Source of the DNA: Planctomycetota bacterium
GTDB taxonomy: Bacteria; Planctomycetota; UBA1135; UBA2386
Direction of reading: 5' to 3'
Assembly (NCBI GenBank): GCA_965223545.1
Contig: OZ245006.1
Span: forward strand, 3,008,001 to 3,072,000
Length of the DNA: 64,000 nucleotides
The notes under the pieces were generated by a model. The model was not told the origin of the DNA. It saw only the letters and a list, made by a program, of their open reading frames with translations, and did not search any database. This document shows positions 8,690 through 18,871 of this stretch, piece by piece. Numbering within the stretch: the stretch's first letter is position 1; each line of letters opens with the position of its first letter. Both the position numbers and the translations under genes were made by a program.

Positions 8690-10485
8690 GCACACACGAA
8701 TCTCGCATCCCCGTGAACGCCGTGCGAACCACCTGCGAGAGCGGCAGCGCGCTGGTCGTGGCCGTCGTACTGGCGGCCGTGGTGATGGGAATGATCGTCG
8801 CCTCGACCCTCTCCACACTCGCATCGACGCGCATCGCCCGCACGCACGCGACGAAGATGCGCACCGACCACTTGGCGGAATCGGCGTTCGGCCTGATCGG
8901 CGACGTGATCATCGATGCCAGCCAGCGCGGGCAACCACCACCGACGGAGGGTGTGGTCAACGTAGCGGGGCACAGCGTCTACTACCGGGTCGCCCTCGGC
9001 TCCGGCCCGCACTCGCTCACGGATGCTGCTGGATTGGCCACCGAGTCCACGATCTACCGGACCGACTCTACGGCGCGATCCGGCCAGGTCGCCAGCACGA
9101 GGGGAGCCTGGTTGGCGGTGAACGCGACACCGTTGTTCCAGCACGCGGTGTTCTACGAGAACGACTTGGCGATCACTCCTACGCCGCCCATGACCGTTAC
9201 CGGTCGAATCCACACCAACTCGGACCTTTACTTGGCGAGCTGGGGCAACGACATCCACCTCAACTCCAACCACGTCCAGGTCGTCGGCCGGGTCCACCGA
9301 CGCTTTCAACCGGGGGGGACGATCTCCTCCGCCAACGACGTCTGGGTGCGGCGCTGGATCGACGACGTGTTCGACACCGGCAAACCGGCTGCGTACGTCG
9401 CCTTGGAAAACGTGACTTCGCTGACCGCGCTCGGTGTTCCCAGTGTTGCCGGCTACGACTCGGAGTTCCAAGGCTTCGACGCCAACGGGGACGGAGACTT
9501 CGGCGACGCGGGCGACTGGCCACCCTTTCTGATCGGCTCGCTGGACCGATACGCCGATCCCCTCGGTTCCGGACAAACGACCCTGCGCGTCGGCGGGAAC
9601 GGTGCCACTCAGGGTACCCCTCCGACTCCGGAGACGACGGATCCCTTTGTTCCCGACCCGAGCGGCGACTACGAGTGGGACGCGGCATCGCATCGCTTCG
9701 TCGCGTCCGTGGCACCCGGCACCGGCACGCACGCTCGGGGCTCGTACAACGGAGACGCAGGACTCCGCGTACTCGTGCACGGTGATGCCAGTGGTTTCGT
9801 CGCCGAACACTCCGGCGCGGACGTGACAGCGTCCCTCTCGACCGCGATCTCCGTCGACGCCATCTACGACTATCGCCAGGGTGGCTACAGCCCGGTCGTA
9901 CGCATCGACGTCGGTGCGCTCAACGCCAGTGGCCAGTTCCCGGCAAACGGCCTCCTCTTCGTCGCCCATCACACCATGGGCAACGGGACCCTGGCCAAGG
10001 GCGTCGAGCTCCACAACGCGAGCCAGCTCGCTGGACCGCTTACGGTGGTCACGGATGGCCCGGCCTACCTCAACGGTGACTACAACACGATCTCGCCCGT
10101 GCCCGCGGCGGTGATCTGCGACGCGATCAACCTGCTGTCGAACTCGTGGGTCAACGACCACACGATCTACACGATCGCGACCGACACGACGTACAACGTC
10201 GCCATCGCGACCGGCGATACCCCCCTCACGAGTTCGACGTACAACGGCGGGCTCGAGAACCTGCCCCGCTTTCACGAAGACTGGCTGACGGGATCCGCCG
10301 TCTGCCGGGTGTTCGGCTCGATCTGCGTGTTGTGGTACTCGCGATACGCGGACGCACCTTTCACGTACACCCGGCGCGCACCACCGGTGCGCGACTATCG
10401 CTACAATCCGGACTTCGACGACCCGACCAATCTCCCGCCGTTCACGCCGCGGATCATCCGAGCAGAGACCCTCGCATCCTGGTAG
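8686..10485 (+). CDS. Large PilX/GspK-like minor pilin with a big C-terminal beta-rich domain
   Basis: G|SALVV prepilin motif lacking Glu5, as in PilX/GspK, then LAESAF, LFQHAVFY, GRIHTNSD and GGLENLPRFHEDW. GTG 8686 overlaps the upstream TGA. Confidence 0.75.
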   Translation: MSTHESRIPVNAVRTTCESGSALVVAVVLAAVVMGMIVASTLSTLASTRIARTHATKMRTDHLAESAFGLIGDVIIDASQRGQPPPTEGVVNVAGHSVYYRVALGSGPHSLTDAAGLATESTIYRTDSTARSGQVASTRGAWLAVNATPLFQHAVFYENDLAITPTPPMTVTGRIHTNSDLYLASWGNDIHLNSNHVQVVGRVHRRFQPGGTISSANDVWVRRWIDDVFDTGKPAAYVALENVTSLTALGVPSVAGYDSEFQGFDANGDGDFGDAGDWPPFLIGSLDRYADPLGSGQTTLRVGGNGATQGTPPTPETTDPFVPDPSGDYEWDAASHRFVASVAPGTGTHARGSYNGDAGLRVLVHGDASGFVAEHSGADVTASLSTAISVDAIYDYRQGGYSPVVRIDVGALNASGQFPANGLLFVAHHTMGNGTLAKGVELHNASQLAGPLTVVTDGPAYLNGDYNTISPVPAAVICDAINLLSNSWVNDHTIYTIATDTTYNVAIATGDTPLTSSTYNGGLENLPRFHEDWLTGSAVCRVFGSICVLWYSRYADAPFTYTRRAPPVRDYRYNPDFDDPTNLPPFTPRIIRAETLASW

Positions 10486-10585
10486 GAACGCACACGGGGT
10501 CCACGCGGCCTCGACCGCAACCGGACTCGGATCGTTCCACGACGGCGAGGGTGTCCGGATGCCCGCGCCGCGATACCGCCTCAAG

Positions 10586-10622
10586 TGTCTGAGCGTCCTA
10601 GGCCGATAGGACGCTTAGGACA
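10586..10622 (+). promoter_or_regulatory. Palindromic operator, probable YtrA-type GntR autoregulatory site
   Basis: AGCGTCCTA (10592-10600)-N6-TAGGACGCT (10607-10615) is a perfect inverted repeat, extended imperfectly by TGTC...GACA. It lies immediately before the gntR ATG. Confidence 0.7.
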
Positions 10623-11023
10623 TGAACGACTTCACCGTGGACCCGCGCGCCGCGGTCTCGCCATCCCGGCAGATCCTCGAGCGCGCTCTGGACGCGATCG
10701 CGGCCGGGGAGATCGGCGCCGGAGAACGCCTGCCGCGCGTACGCGCGTTTGCCGCGCAGGTCCTGGTCAACCCGAACACGGTGAGCAAGGCATACCGCGA
10801 GCTCGAGGGCATGGGCATCGTCGAGTCGCGCAACGGGTCGGGGGTGTTCGTCACCGAGGACGGCCCCGCGCTGGCACGCCGCCGGCGCAGCGACGCGACC
10901 CTGTCGGCGCTGCGCGCGGCGGCCGTCACGGCGCTGCGCGCCGGACACGACCCGGAGACCATCATGCAGACCGTATCGCAGGCGGCGAACGCTCGGCCTG
11001 TGCCGGAAGGAGAGTTGAAATGA
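10622..11023 (+). CDS. GntR family regulator, YtrA subfamily
   Basis: Winged HTH (GERLPRVRAFAAQVLVNPNTVSKAYRELE...GSGVFV) with a short C-terminal helix, at the head of an ABC operon. Confidence 0.92.
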   Translation: MNDFTVDPRAAVSPSRQILERALDAIAAGEIGAGERLPRVRAFAAQVLVNPNTVSKAYRELEGMGIVESRNGSGVFVTEDGPALARRRRSDATLSALRAAAVTALRAGHDPETIMQTVSQAANARPVPEGELK

Positions 11024-11754
11024 ACCACCCCGTCGCCGCGCTACACGCGCGTGACCTCGAGCTGAGCTTCGGCAGTGTGCGCGTCCTCCGCGCGCTATCG
11101 GTTTCCGTGCCACCGGGCCTGGTCACCGTGCTGCTCGGGGCCAATGGAGTCGGCAAGTCGACCCTCCTGCGGCTGGCGCTCGGCACTCTGCGGCCCACCG
11201 CCGGCGGCCTCACCGTGCTCGGTCGCGACCCGGTGCGCGAGGCCCGCGCCGTGCGCGAACGCGTGGGCTACGTGCCGGACACGCCGGACGCCTACGCCTG
11301 GATGACCCCGCGCCAGTTCTACCGGTTCTTGGCCCCCCAGTACCCGACCTGGAGTCACAAGGTGCAAGCCGAGCACTCCGCCACCCTGGGGGTGCCGCTC
11401 GACACGCGGTTCGGCGAGCTTTCTCGCGGCCAGGGCACGAAGGCGATGCTGGTCGCGGCCCTCGCGCCGGAACCGGAGCTGCTGCTGCTCGACGAGCCCT
11501 TCGCCGGTCTCGATCCGCTGGCGCGCGAGCAAGTGCTGCGGACCGTGATCGACAGCCTGCGGGAAGACGGCCGCACGATCCTGTGCGCCACCCATGATCT
11601 CGACGTGGCGGCGAGCATCGCCGACCGAGTCGCGGTGCTCGCCGGCGGCCAGGTGGCGACCCACGGCACCGTCGAAGAGGTGCTCGGCACCGAGCAACCC
11701 ACGCACATTCCGACGCGCTTGGCGCACACTCTGGCACTCGCCGAGGCCCGATGA
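11020..11754 (+). CDS. ABC transporter ATP-binding protein (YtrB-like)
   Basis: Walker A GANGVGKS, signature LSRGQ, Walker B LLLLDE and H-loop ATHD. ATG 11020 overlaps the gntR stop. Confidence 0.92.
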   Translation: MNHPVAALHARDLELSFGSVRVLRALSVSVPPGLVTVLLGANGVGKSTLLRLALGTLRPTAGGLTVLGRDPVREARAVRERVGYVPDTPDAYAWMTPRQFYRFLAPQYPTWSHKVQAEHSATLGVPLDTRFGELSRGQGTKAMLVAALAPEPELLLLDEPFAGLDPLAREQVLRTVIDSLREDGRTILCATHDLDVAASIADRVAVLAGGQVATHGTVEEVLGTEQPTHIPTRLAHTLALAEAR

Positions 11755-13610
11755 TGAGCATCGCCAGCACTCTGGTGGCGATCGAGCTCCACGCCGAGCG
11801 GCGCGGCCGCCGCGTGGCGTTCGCCGGCGCCGCCATCACCGCCGCTGCCATCGCGGCGATCGCGCCGGCCCAGGGCAACGCCCACCACAACACGATCGCC
11901 TGGTGCGCCACGGCGGCGGTGGCGTGGGTCCTCGTGGTGGTCGCGTGCGAAGGCATGCCACGCGATCAGCGAGGCGGCCAGCTCGAGCTCCACCGGCGCC
12001 TGCCCGCCGGCATCCTCTGGACCGGCGGCGCCAAGATCGCGGCCGCCGGCGGAGTCACCGCCATGGCGGCCGCCCTCGCCGTGCTCGTCGGCGCCTTCAC
12101 GCTCGGCGCGCTGCACGACGTGCCCCTCGGTACGACCGCACCGCTCGCCGTGCGCAGTGGACTGGCGGCGGCGGTCGCCGGTTGCGGCATCTGCGGTCTC
12201 GGAGTGGCGGTTTCGACCTGGCTGCCGCGCGGCTCGCTGGCGGCGGCCGCAACCGCCCTGCTCGCCGCCACCGCGATCATGCCCTTCCTGTTGGCGCGCG
12301 CCACCAACGGTTGGTTCGCCCCACCCCGCACCGATCTCGCTCTGTTGCTCATCGGCGTCCTGCCGGCGCTGGGCCTGGCGGTGGCATGGCGGTCGCTCGC
12401 CGGGCTGCGTTGGTCCAGTGGAGCGGTCGGGCCCGCGCACGGCGGGATTCCCGTCGCGCTCGCCGGAATCGCCTTGCTGTCGGGGTGGTATTGGGCCCGC
12501 GCCGACGCGTGGGACCGAGTCCGCCCGCTGGACCCGCGCTTCACGATCAGCTCCGGTGTGGTCGGCGCAGGCGCCCAGCGCGCGTTTCTCGATGTGCTCG
12601 GTGCCGGCGGCCGCTACGCGTTGACCGTCGACCTCGAGAACGGAGACTACTGGCAGCAGCGAGGAGCTCTGGTCGGCACGCTGGGTCTGGACCATCGCAG
12701 TCCGGGCCAGCACGCGATCGTGCTCCGCTCACGACACACGGGTGACGACCCCGACGGCTGGCAGCACGAGCTCCTGGACGGCACCAGCGGCGGACGCATC
12801 GCCGGGCCCGGCCCCCTCGCGGCCATCGTCGCTGCGCACGCCGCGGCAGCACACCGCAGCTTGCGAGACAACGCCCCGTTTCGCCGGCGGGACGGCCGCC
12901 GCGTCTGGTGGCTGCTGCAGGTCCCCTACGTCGACGACGGCGGGGCTTGGACCGCCATGCCGTGGGCACCGGGCCTTCGACCGTGGGTGCGTCGTGGTGA
13001 CGCCGTCAAGGTCGACGGCCACACCAAGATCTACGACATTCACAGTGGGCGACTCTGGGACGACACCGGCCCCACCCTCCGCAATGGCTGGTGCCGCGCG
13101 GGACACTGGTTGGTCCCCCGCCTCGACCGGCAGTCGGCGACGCCGGCCTGGGATCTACTCGATCCGACCGATGGCGCGCGGCGCGCGTGCCCGGTGCTGG
13201 ACGGCGTCGATCGCATCGTCGCCAATCTCGACAACGACCGCGTGCTCGCGCACGGCATCGACGGCGCGGTGTGGTGTATCCACCCCGAGGGCAACCACCG
13301 CCGAGCAGTCACCCTGCGCGGCGCACCGCTGCGCACGCCGCGCATCGCCTGGCCGGCGGTGTCGCCGGTGTGGACACCGACGGGTCAGGCGGTACTCACC
13401 GCGTCACTCGCCGGGCGCCCGACCATCGTAAGGCTCGATCCGCACACCGCCATGCTCACCCCCGGTCCCGCCGCGCCAGCCGGTGAGGTGATGGCGTGCA
13501 TCGATGACGACACGCTGATCGTCCACACCAAGTCCACGGTGGAGCGCTGGGGCTTCACCCCGGCTTCGCGCACCGTCTTGTTCCCGCGCGGCGAGGGAGT
13601 CGCCCGATGA
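11751..13610 (+). CDS. Putative ABC-2 permease with a large C-terminal soluble domain
   Basis: About 6-7 hydrophobic helices, then a Trp/Gly-rich beta-type domain. Translationally coupled in the ABC operon. Confidence 0.65.
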   Translation: MMSIASTLVAIELHAERRGRRVAFAGAAITAAAIAAIAPAQGNAHHNTIAWCATAAVAWVLVVVACEGMPRDQRGGQLELHRRLPAGILWTGGAKIAAAGGVTAMAAALAVLVGAFTLGALHDVPLGTTAPLAVRSGLAAAVAGCGICGLGVAVSTWLPRGSLAAAATALLAATAIMPFLLARATNGWFAPPRTDLALLLIGVLPALGLAVAWRSLAGLRWSSGAVGPAHGGIPVALAGIALLSGWYWARADAWDRVRPLDPRFTISSGVVGAGAQRAFLDVLGAGGRYALTVDLENGDYWQQRGALVGTLGLDHRSPGQHAIVLRSRHTGDDPDGWQHELLDGTSGGRIAGPGPLAAIVAAHAAAAHRSLRDNAPFRRRDGRRVWWLLQVPYVDDGGAWTAMPWAPGLRPWVRRGDAVKVDGHTKIYDIHSGRLWDDTGPTLRNGWCRAGHWLVPRLDRQSATPAWDLLDPTDGARRACPVLDGVDRIVANLDNDRVLAHGIDGAVWCIHPEGNHRRAVTLRGAPLRTPRIAWPAVSPVWTPTGQAVLTASLAGRPTIVRLDPHTAMLTPGPAAPAGEVMACIDDDTLIVHTKSTVERWGFTPASRTVLFPRGEGVAR

Positions 13611-15442
13611 TCGCCGTCTTTCGCGCACACTGCCTGACCGAGCTGCGCCAACAGCGCACGGTCTGCGTTGCCATCGCCCTGTTGGCGCCGATCGGAGCAG
13701 TCGCGCTCTGCCTCCTGCCCGCACCGAGCCTCGGCTACCGCGGCCCGCTGCTGGCGGGCCTGTGCATGCTGGCACTTCTGGTGTGCGGCGCCTCCGACGC
13801 CATCCCCATGGACCTGCGCGGTCCGCAGCGCCGGCTGCTGCCGCGGCTGCCCCGCGGCGCCGGCCCCGCGCTGGCAGCCAAGTTGACCGTGCTCGCCGCT
13901 TCCACCGTCGCGATCGGTGTGTGGGGCTGGTGCTGCGGAGCCAACGCCAGCCGCACTCTCCTGGGCCACGACCTCGGCAGCTTGTTCGAAGGCGTACAGA
14001 CCGACCTGCTGCTGGCGCTGGGCGCCGCGACGTGCGCGAGCACCACCTGGTTGCTGGCGTTGTCGGCTTGGTGGCGGCGCCCGGGTGCTGCCATCGGCGG
14101 CGTGAGCGCGGCGATCGCCGCGTACCACACGGTTCCCTGGCTGCTCGGCATGCAGGCCGATCTGCGGGGCTGGTTCGGGTTCACCACCGGTTGGACGATG
14201 GCCGCGCTCAGTGGCGGCGCCGCCGCGTGGACTGCCTACCGATGCGGAGCCACTGGCGATCGCCAGCGCGGGCGTGGCCTGCTGCGCGCCGGCTTCGTCT
14301 GCGCCGCGGTCGCACCGTTCTGCTGGCACGGCGGCACCCGCGCCACCGCCTGGTTCAACCCCGATCCGCGCGCCGCCGGCTTCGCCATCGACCACTGCTA
14401 TGCCTCCACCGACGGAGCGACGGTGTTCGCCAACGTCCGCGATCGGCGCGTCCCCGCGGCGCACAACGCGCTGCGCATCGCGGTCGCCGACGGCAGCTAC
14501 GAGCACGCCGGGGCGGCCGGCTCGGAATGGGGCCCAGTCTGGCCGCGCAGCCTGCTGGCGACGCCCCAGCGCACGGGACAGCGCATCCTGCAACTGGCGG
14601 CCCGCGACGGCACCACTGCGGAAGTGATCGACACCCAAACGGGCAGGCGACTCGCTCACGGGCGCGCCGACGCCGCCGTCGCAGCCTGGTTTCGCCAGCT
14701 GACCCGGGTCGACCTCCCCGACGGCGGCACCTTCCACCTCGACCTCGCGTTCCGTCCCGACCACAGCCGCTTCAGTGCCGAGCAGTGGGTTGTCCATCGC
14801 CATGGCAAGCCACGGGTCGTTTTGCCGGTCGGTCGCAACGCCACCGCCCGGCTGGTCGGCACGGGACTGCGCATCGATCGACGCTGGACTTCCACCGGTG
14901 AGCTGGTCGCGCAGATCGTCGACTTCACGCGCGACAGCACCGAGCCATTCCTGCTGCCCCGCGACGCGAGCTACGTCGTCCGCCCGGGCCGTTGGCTGTG
15001 TCGACGCAGTACCGACCCCACCGGCCGCCCCATCGCACCGCGCTGGACTCTGTTCGATCCCCACACCCAAACCCACGACGAGGCACCGGGCATGTTGGCA
15101 AGCGACCTCCGCGCGTTGCCGTTGGACGACTGGCGCGTGCTCGTGTTCACCCGGCGACACGAAGCCTGGGTCGCGGACACGCGCAGCGGGGGGCGGCGCC
15201 GACTCGCGCGCGACTCCTGGCCGGTCGGCATGCGCACTCCAGCGGGGGCGGAGATCCTCTGGATCGGCCGCCGCCTGGCGCGCCTGGACAGCGAGAACGA
15301 GACGCTGGCACAGACCCGCGAACACGGCGAAGCTATCCGGCCGATCGCGTGCCTGGACGAGGACACCGTACTCGTCCACACCGAGCGGCAGATCCTCCAG
15401 CTCCGCTTCGGCAGCGACTCGGCCCGCGTCTTGTTTCCGTGA
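13607..15442 (+). CDS. Putative ABC-2 permease, paralogue of 11751-13610
   Basis: Same architecture as the upstream gene, sharing RLP..G...AK and the C-terminal ACxD[DE]DTxxVHT...VLFP motif. Confidence 0.65.
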   Translation: MIAVFRAHCLTELRQQRTVCVAIALLAPIGAVALCLLPAPSLGYRGPLLAGLCMLALLVCGASDAIPMDLRGPQRRLLPRLPRGAGPALAAKLTVLAASTVAIGVWGWCCGANASRTLLGHDLGSLFEGVQTDLLLALGAATCASTTWLLALSAWWRRPGAAIGGVSAAIAAYHTVPWLLGMQADLRGWFGFTTGWTMAALSGGAAAWTAYRCGATGDRQRGRGLLRAGFVCAAVAPFCWHGGTRATAWFNPDPRAAGFAIDHCYASTDGATVFANVRDRRVPAAHNALRIAVADGSYEHAGAAGSEWGPVWPRSLLATPQRTGQRILQLAARDGTTAEVIDTQTGRRLAHGRADAAVAAWFRQLTRVDLPDGGTFHLDLAFRPDHSRFSAEQWVVHRHGKPRVVLPVGRNATARLVGTGLRIDRRWTSTGELVAQIVDFTRDSTEPFLLPRDASYVVRPGRWLCRRSTDPTGRPIAPRWTLFDPHTQTHDEAPGMLASDLRALPLDDWRVLVFTRRHEAWVADTRSGGRRRLARDSWPVGMRTPAGAEILWIGRRLARLDSENETLAQTREHGEAIRPIACLDEDTVLVHTERQILQLRFGSDSARVLFP

Positions 15443-15486
15443 GGGTCGCGTCGCTGCTTCGCCGCGGCGCGCCTGCAAACGCACCG

Positions 15487-16461
15487 ATGACCGACGTCTT
15501 GACGCGAATCCGCCGTGCCACCGGGGCCGATGAAGTCATCGCTGGTGAGCGGATTCAATCGCTCTGGAGTGGCTATGGCGAAATCCGCCGCTACCACCTC
15601 CGCGGCGCCGCGGTGGCGAGCGTCGTCGCCAAGCTCGTACGCCCTCCCGACCAGCGCAGGCACCCGCGCGGCTGGGACGGCGACCACGGCCACCGCCGCA
15701 AGCTACGCTCTTACGAAGTCGAGACCGCGTGGTACCGCGGCCTCGCCCGGCGCTGTGATGCGGCGTGCCGCGTCGCCCGTGCGTACGACTGCACGGCGGA
15801 CGACAACGGCTGGCTCCTGGTGCTCGAGGATCTCGACGCCTCGGGCTACGTCCACCGTCGTTCGCGCGCCACCACTTCGGAACTGCGCGCCTGCCTCGGC
15901 TGGTTGGCCGCGTTCCACGCCACGTTCCTGGGCGTCACTGCCGAAGACCTGTGGCCGACCGGCACCTATTGGCACCTGGCGACCCGCCCCGAGGAGCACG
16001 CCGCGACGCGCGACCCGGAGCTACGCGCCGCCGCCCCGGCGCTCGACGCCGCCCTGCACGCCGTCCGCCACCGGACGCTGGTGCACGGCGACGCCAAGAT
16101 CGCCAACTTCTGCTTCGCCGAGGACGGCGGCGTCGCGGCGGTCGATTTCCAGTACGTCGGGGGTGGCTGCGGGGTCCAGGACGTGGCCTACCTGTTCAGC
16201 AGCTGCCTCGACGAAGAGCAGTGCGAGCTCCGGGCAGACGAGCATCTCGACCACTACTTTCAATGCCTGCGCCGGACCCTCGCGCAGCGCTCCACGACGG
16301 TCGACCTCGACGCCCTGGAGGCGGAGTGGCGTGCCGCCTACCCGCTGTCATGGGCGGACTTCGTGCGCTTCTTGGCGGGCTGGGCGCCCGAACACACCAA
16401 GCTGCACGGCTACAGCTGGCGGATGACCAAGGCCGCGCTGGCGGCGATCCGCGCCCGCTGA
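15487..16461 (+). CDS. APH/choline/ecdysteroid-kinase-like phosphotransferase
   Basis: [23 protein letters not shown], Brenner motif HGDAKIANF and VDFQY. Start reassigned to ATG 15487. Confidence 0.85.
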   Translation: MTDVLTRIRRATGADEVIAGERIQSLWSGYGEIRRYHLRGAAVASVVAKLVRPPDQRRHPRGWDGDHGHRRKLRSYEVETAWYRGLARRCDAACRVARAYDCTADDNGWLLVLEDLDASGYVHRRSRATTSELRACLGWLAAFHATFLGVTAEDLWPTGTYWHLATRPEEHAATRDPELRAAAPALDAALHAVRHRTLVHGDAKIANFCFAEDGGVAAVDFQYVGGGCGVQDVAYLFSSCLDEEQCELRADEHLDHYFQCLRRTLAQRSTTVDLDALEAEWRAAYPLSWADFVRFLAGWAPEHTKLHGYSWRMTKAALAAIRAR

Positions 16462-16474
16462 CGCGGCGCCGCCG

Positions 16475-17623
16475 TCACTCGCGCACGATCTCGAGCTCGA
16501 GCTCGCCGAGGTCCGCCGTGCTTTCGCCCCGCGCACTGCGGACGCGATCGATCTCCGCACGCATCACACCTCGATCGGAACAGAAGGCAAACGCTGTGTC
16601 GCGCGTGATCTGCGCGCGCTGGAACAACGCCGAGATGTGCTGGTCGAAGGTCTGCCAGCCGAAGGCGCGGCTGTCGGCGATCGTGTTGTAGAACGTGCGA
16701 TCCTCGTTCTCACCGCGTTCGATCAGCTCGCGCACGCGCATGGTGGATCCCATGATCTCCAACGCCGCCACCCGACTGCCCGACAACTTTGGCAGCAAGC
16801 GCTGCCCGACGATGTAGCGCAGCACTTGGCTCAGGCGCGTGCGCACCATCACCTGCTCCGCTTGAGGGAACATGCCGACGATACGGCTCACGGTCTGCCC
16901 AGCGTCGATGGTGTGCAGCGTGCTGAGCACCAGGTGCCCGGTCTCCGCCGCCTTGAGCGCGATCTCCATGCTCTCGGCGTCGCGCAGCTCACCGACGAGA
17001 ATCACCTTGGGCGCCTGCCGCAACGCCGCGCGCAAGCCGGCAGCGAAGGTGGGGAAGTCGCTTCCCTTCTCGCGCTGATTGATGGTCCCGCGCTTGTGCA
17101 CGTGCTTGAACTCGACCGGATCCTCCAGCGTGATGATGTGCGCCTGGCGTGACTCGTTGATGGCGTTGATCATCGCCGCGAGCGTGGTCGACTTGCCCGA
17201 GCCCGTCGCGCCGGTCACCAACACCAGGCCGTTCTGCGTGCGCACGATCTCGTCGAAGATCGAGGGCAGACCGAGCCCCTGCAGTGTCGGCACCTCGGTC
17301 GGCAGCACCCGCAGCACGATCGACAGGTTGCCCTGCACCTGAAAGACGTTGGCGCGGAAGCGGGTTCCATCCGCCAGCGTGTAGCTGCAGTCGCACGCGC
17401 CGTTCTGCGCCAGCTCTTTGAGCAAGTCCTCGTTGTCGCCGAGGATCGCCTCCGCCAGCTGCGCGGTCCGCTCGCCAGTCAACTGCGACTTGGCAGGATC
17501 GCGCACCGCCGGAATCAAGCGGCCGTTGGCCTCGACGAGCGGCGGTTGTCCCACCGAGAAGTTGAGGTCCGAGACACCGTCCGATGCGCGCAGCATCGTC
17601 GACAGGATCTTGTCGATGTCCAT
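16475..17623 (-). CDS. PilT/PilU-family pilus retraction ATPase (second copy)
   Basis: Walker A GATGSGKS, Asp box TLEDPVE, LRQAPKVILVGELRD and His box TGHLVLSTLH. It lacks the canonical AIRNLIRE (has RVRELIE). Confidence 0.9.
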   Translation of the reverse strand: MDIDKILSTMLRASDGVSDLNFSVGQPPLVEANGRLIPAVRDPAKSQLTGERTAQLAEAILGDNEDLLKELAQNGACDCSYTLADGTRFRANVFQVQGNLSIVLRVLPTEVPTLQGLGLPSIFDEIVRTQNGLVLVTGATGSGKSTTLAAMINAINESRQAHIITLEDPVEFKHVHKRGTINQREKGSDFPTFAAGLRAALRQAPKVILVGELRDAESMEIALKAAETGHLVLSTLHTIDAGQTVSRIVGMFPQAEQVMVRTRLSQVLRYIVGQRLLPKLSGSRVAALEIMGSTMRVRELIERGENEDRTFYNTIADSRAFGWQTFDQHISALFQRAQITRDTAFAFCSDRGVMRAEIDRVRSARGESTADLGELELEIVRE

Positions 17624-17634
17624 GTTCGTCCTTC

Positions 17635-18765
17635 TCAGCGCCCGGAGCCGACTTGCCGGCGGCGGCCACCATCGCGATCCAACAGCTCTCTGTACTCATC
17701 CGGCACGGTGTGCAGGTGCCCGACGAAACGCTCCTTCGAGATGCACTTGTCGAACGCCTCGGCCGGATCGATCGACTTGGCCAGCACGAGCTCTTCGATC
17801 GAATCGTCGAGCATGCGCATGCCCAGCTTCCTCGAGGTCTGGATCACGCTGACGAGCTGATGCGTCTTGCCCTCTCGAATGAGATTGGCCACGGCCGGCG
17901 TACCGACCAGGATCTCCAACGCCGCCACGCGACCGCCGCCCTTGCTGATCCTGCGGAACAGGTTCTGCGCGATGACTCCCTTGAGGGATTCGGCGAGGGT
18001 CGTGCGCACCTGCTCCTGCGCATCGGTCGGAAACACGTCGATGATCCGATCCACGGTCTTCGCCGCGTTGGCAGTGTGCAGCGTGCCGAAGACCAAGTGC
18101 CCGGTGGCGGCAGCCTCCAACGCCAACGTGATCGTCTCCAGATCCCGCATCTCGCCGATCAGGATGATGTCCGGATCTTCGCGCAGCGCGCCGCGCAGCG
18201 CCGCCGAGAAGCTGCGAGTATGCACCCCGATCTCGCGGTGGCTGACCAACGACTTGTAGTTGTGGTGCTTGAACTCGACCGGATCCTCGATGGTGAGGAT
18301 GTGGTCGCGCCGCATCTTGTTGGCGTGGTCGATCATCGCCGCCAACGTCGTCGTCTTGCCGCTGCCGGTCGGCCCGGTGACCAGGACCAGCCCCTTGTGC
18401 AGCATAGCGAACCGCTTGCAGATCTCCGGTAGACCGAGGTCGTCGATACTGAGGATGTTCTCGGGGATCGCGCGGAAGACCGCGCTGACGCCGTTGGATT
18501 GGCGAAAGTAGTTGGCGCGATACCGGCCGACTTGCTCGAGCTCGTAGGCGAAGTCGACGTCGCCCGAGTCCATGAACACCTTCATCTTCGGAGCCGGCGC
18601 CACTTCGGACAGCCACTCCAGCAGGGTGTCGCTACGCAGTGGCTCGTAGCGGACCGGGTGCAGGACACCGCGGATCCGAAGGCACGGGGCGGACCCCGAC
18701 GAGAGATGCAGGTCGGAGGCCCCGTGCTTCTGCATCAACCGAAAGAACGAGTCGAGTTTGGCCAC
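17635..18765 (-). CDS. pilT: Type IV pilus twitching motility ATPase PilT
   Basis: ASDLHL, GPTGSGKT, TIEDPVE, LREDPDIILIGEMRD, TGHLVFGTLH and AVANLIRE (AIRNLIRE-like). Confidence 0.92.
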   Translation of the reverse strand: MAKLDSFFRLMQKHGASDLHLSSGSAPCLRIRGVLHPVRYEPLRSDTLLEWLSEVAPAPKMKVFMDSGDVDFAYELEQVGRYRANYFRQSNGVSAVFRAIPENILSIDDLGLPEICKRFAMLHKGLVLVTGPTGSGKTTTLAAMIDHANKMRRDHILTIEDPVEFKHHNYKSLVSHREIGVHTRSFSAALRGALREDPDIILIGEMRDLETITLALEAAATGHLVFGTLHTANAAKTVDRIIDVFPTDAQEQVRTTLAESLKGVIAQNLFRRISKGGGRVAALEILVGTPAVANLIREGKTHQLVSVIQTSRKLGMRMLDDSIEELVLAKSIDPAEAFDKCISKERFVGHLHTVPDEYRELLDRDGGRRRQVGSGR

Positions 18766-18871
18766 AGTGAAGACGTCTTCCTCACTGCTTATCGGCGCTC
18801 GCCCGCCGTCACCGTACCGGCAAAAACCAGGAGACGGTGCAGCAGCTGAGCCCGAGGCTCTCCGCGGGCGA

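Noticed and set aside
5650..10500. Impression of a slightly less GC-biased codon style, suggesting an acquired island
   Set aside because: Not quantified, and there are no mobility genes, tRNA or flanking repeats; it needs a GC3 or tetranucleotide scan.
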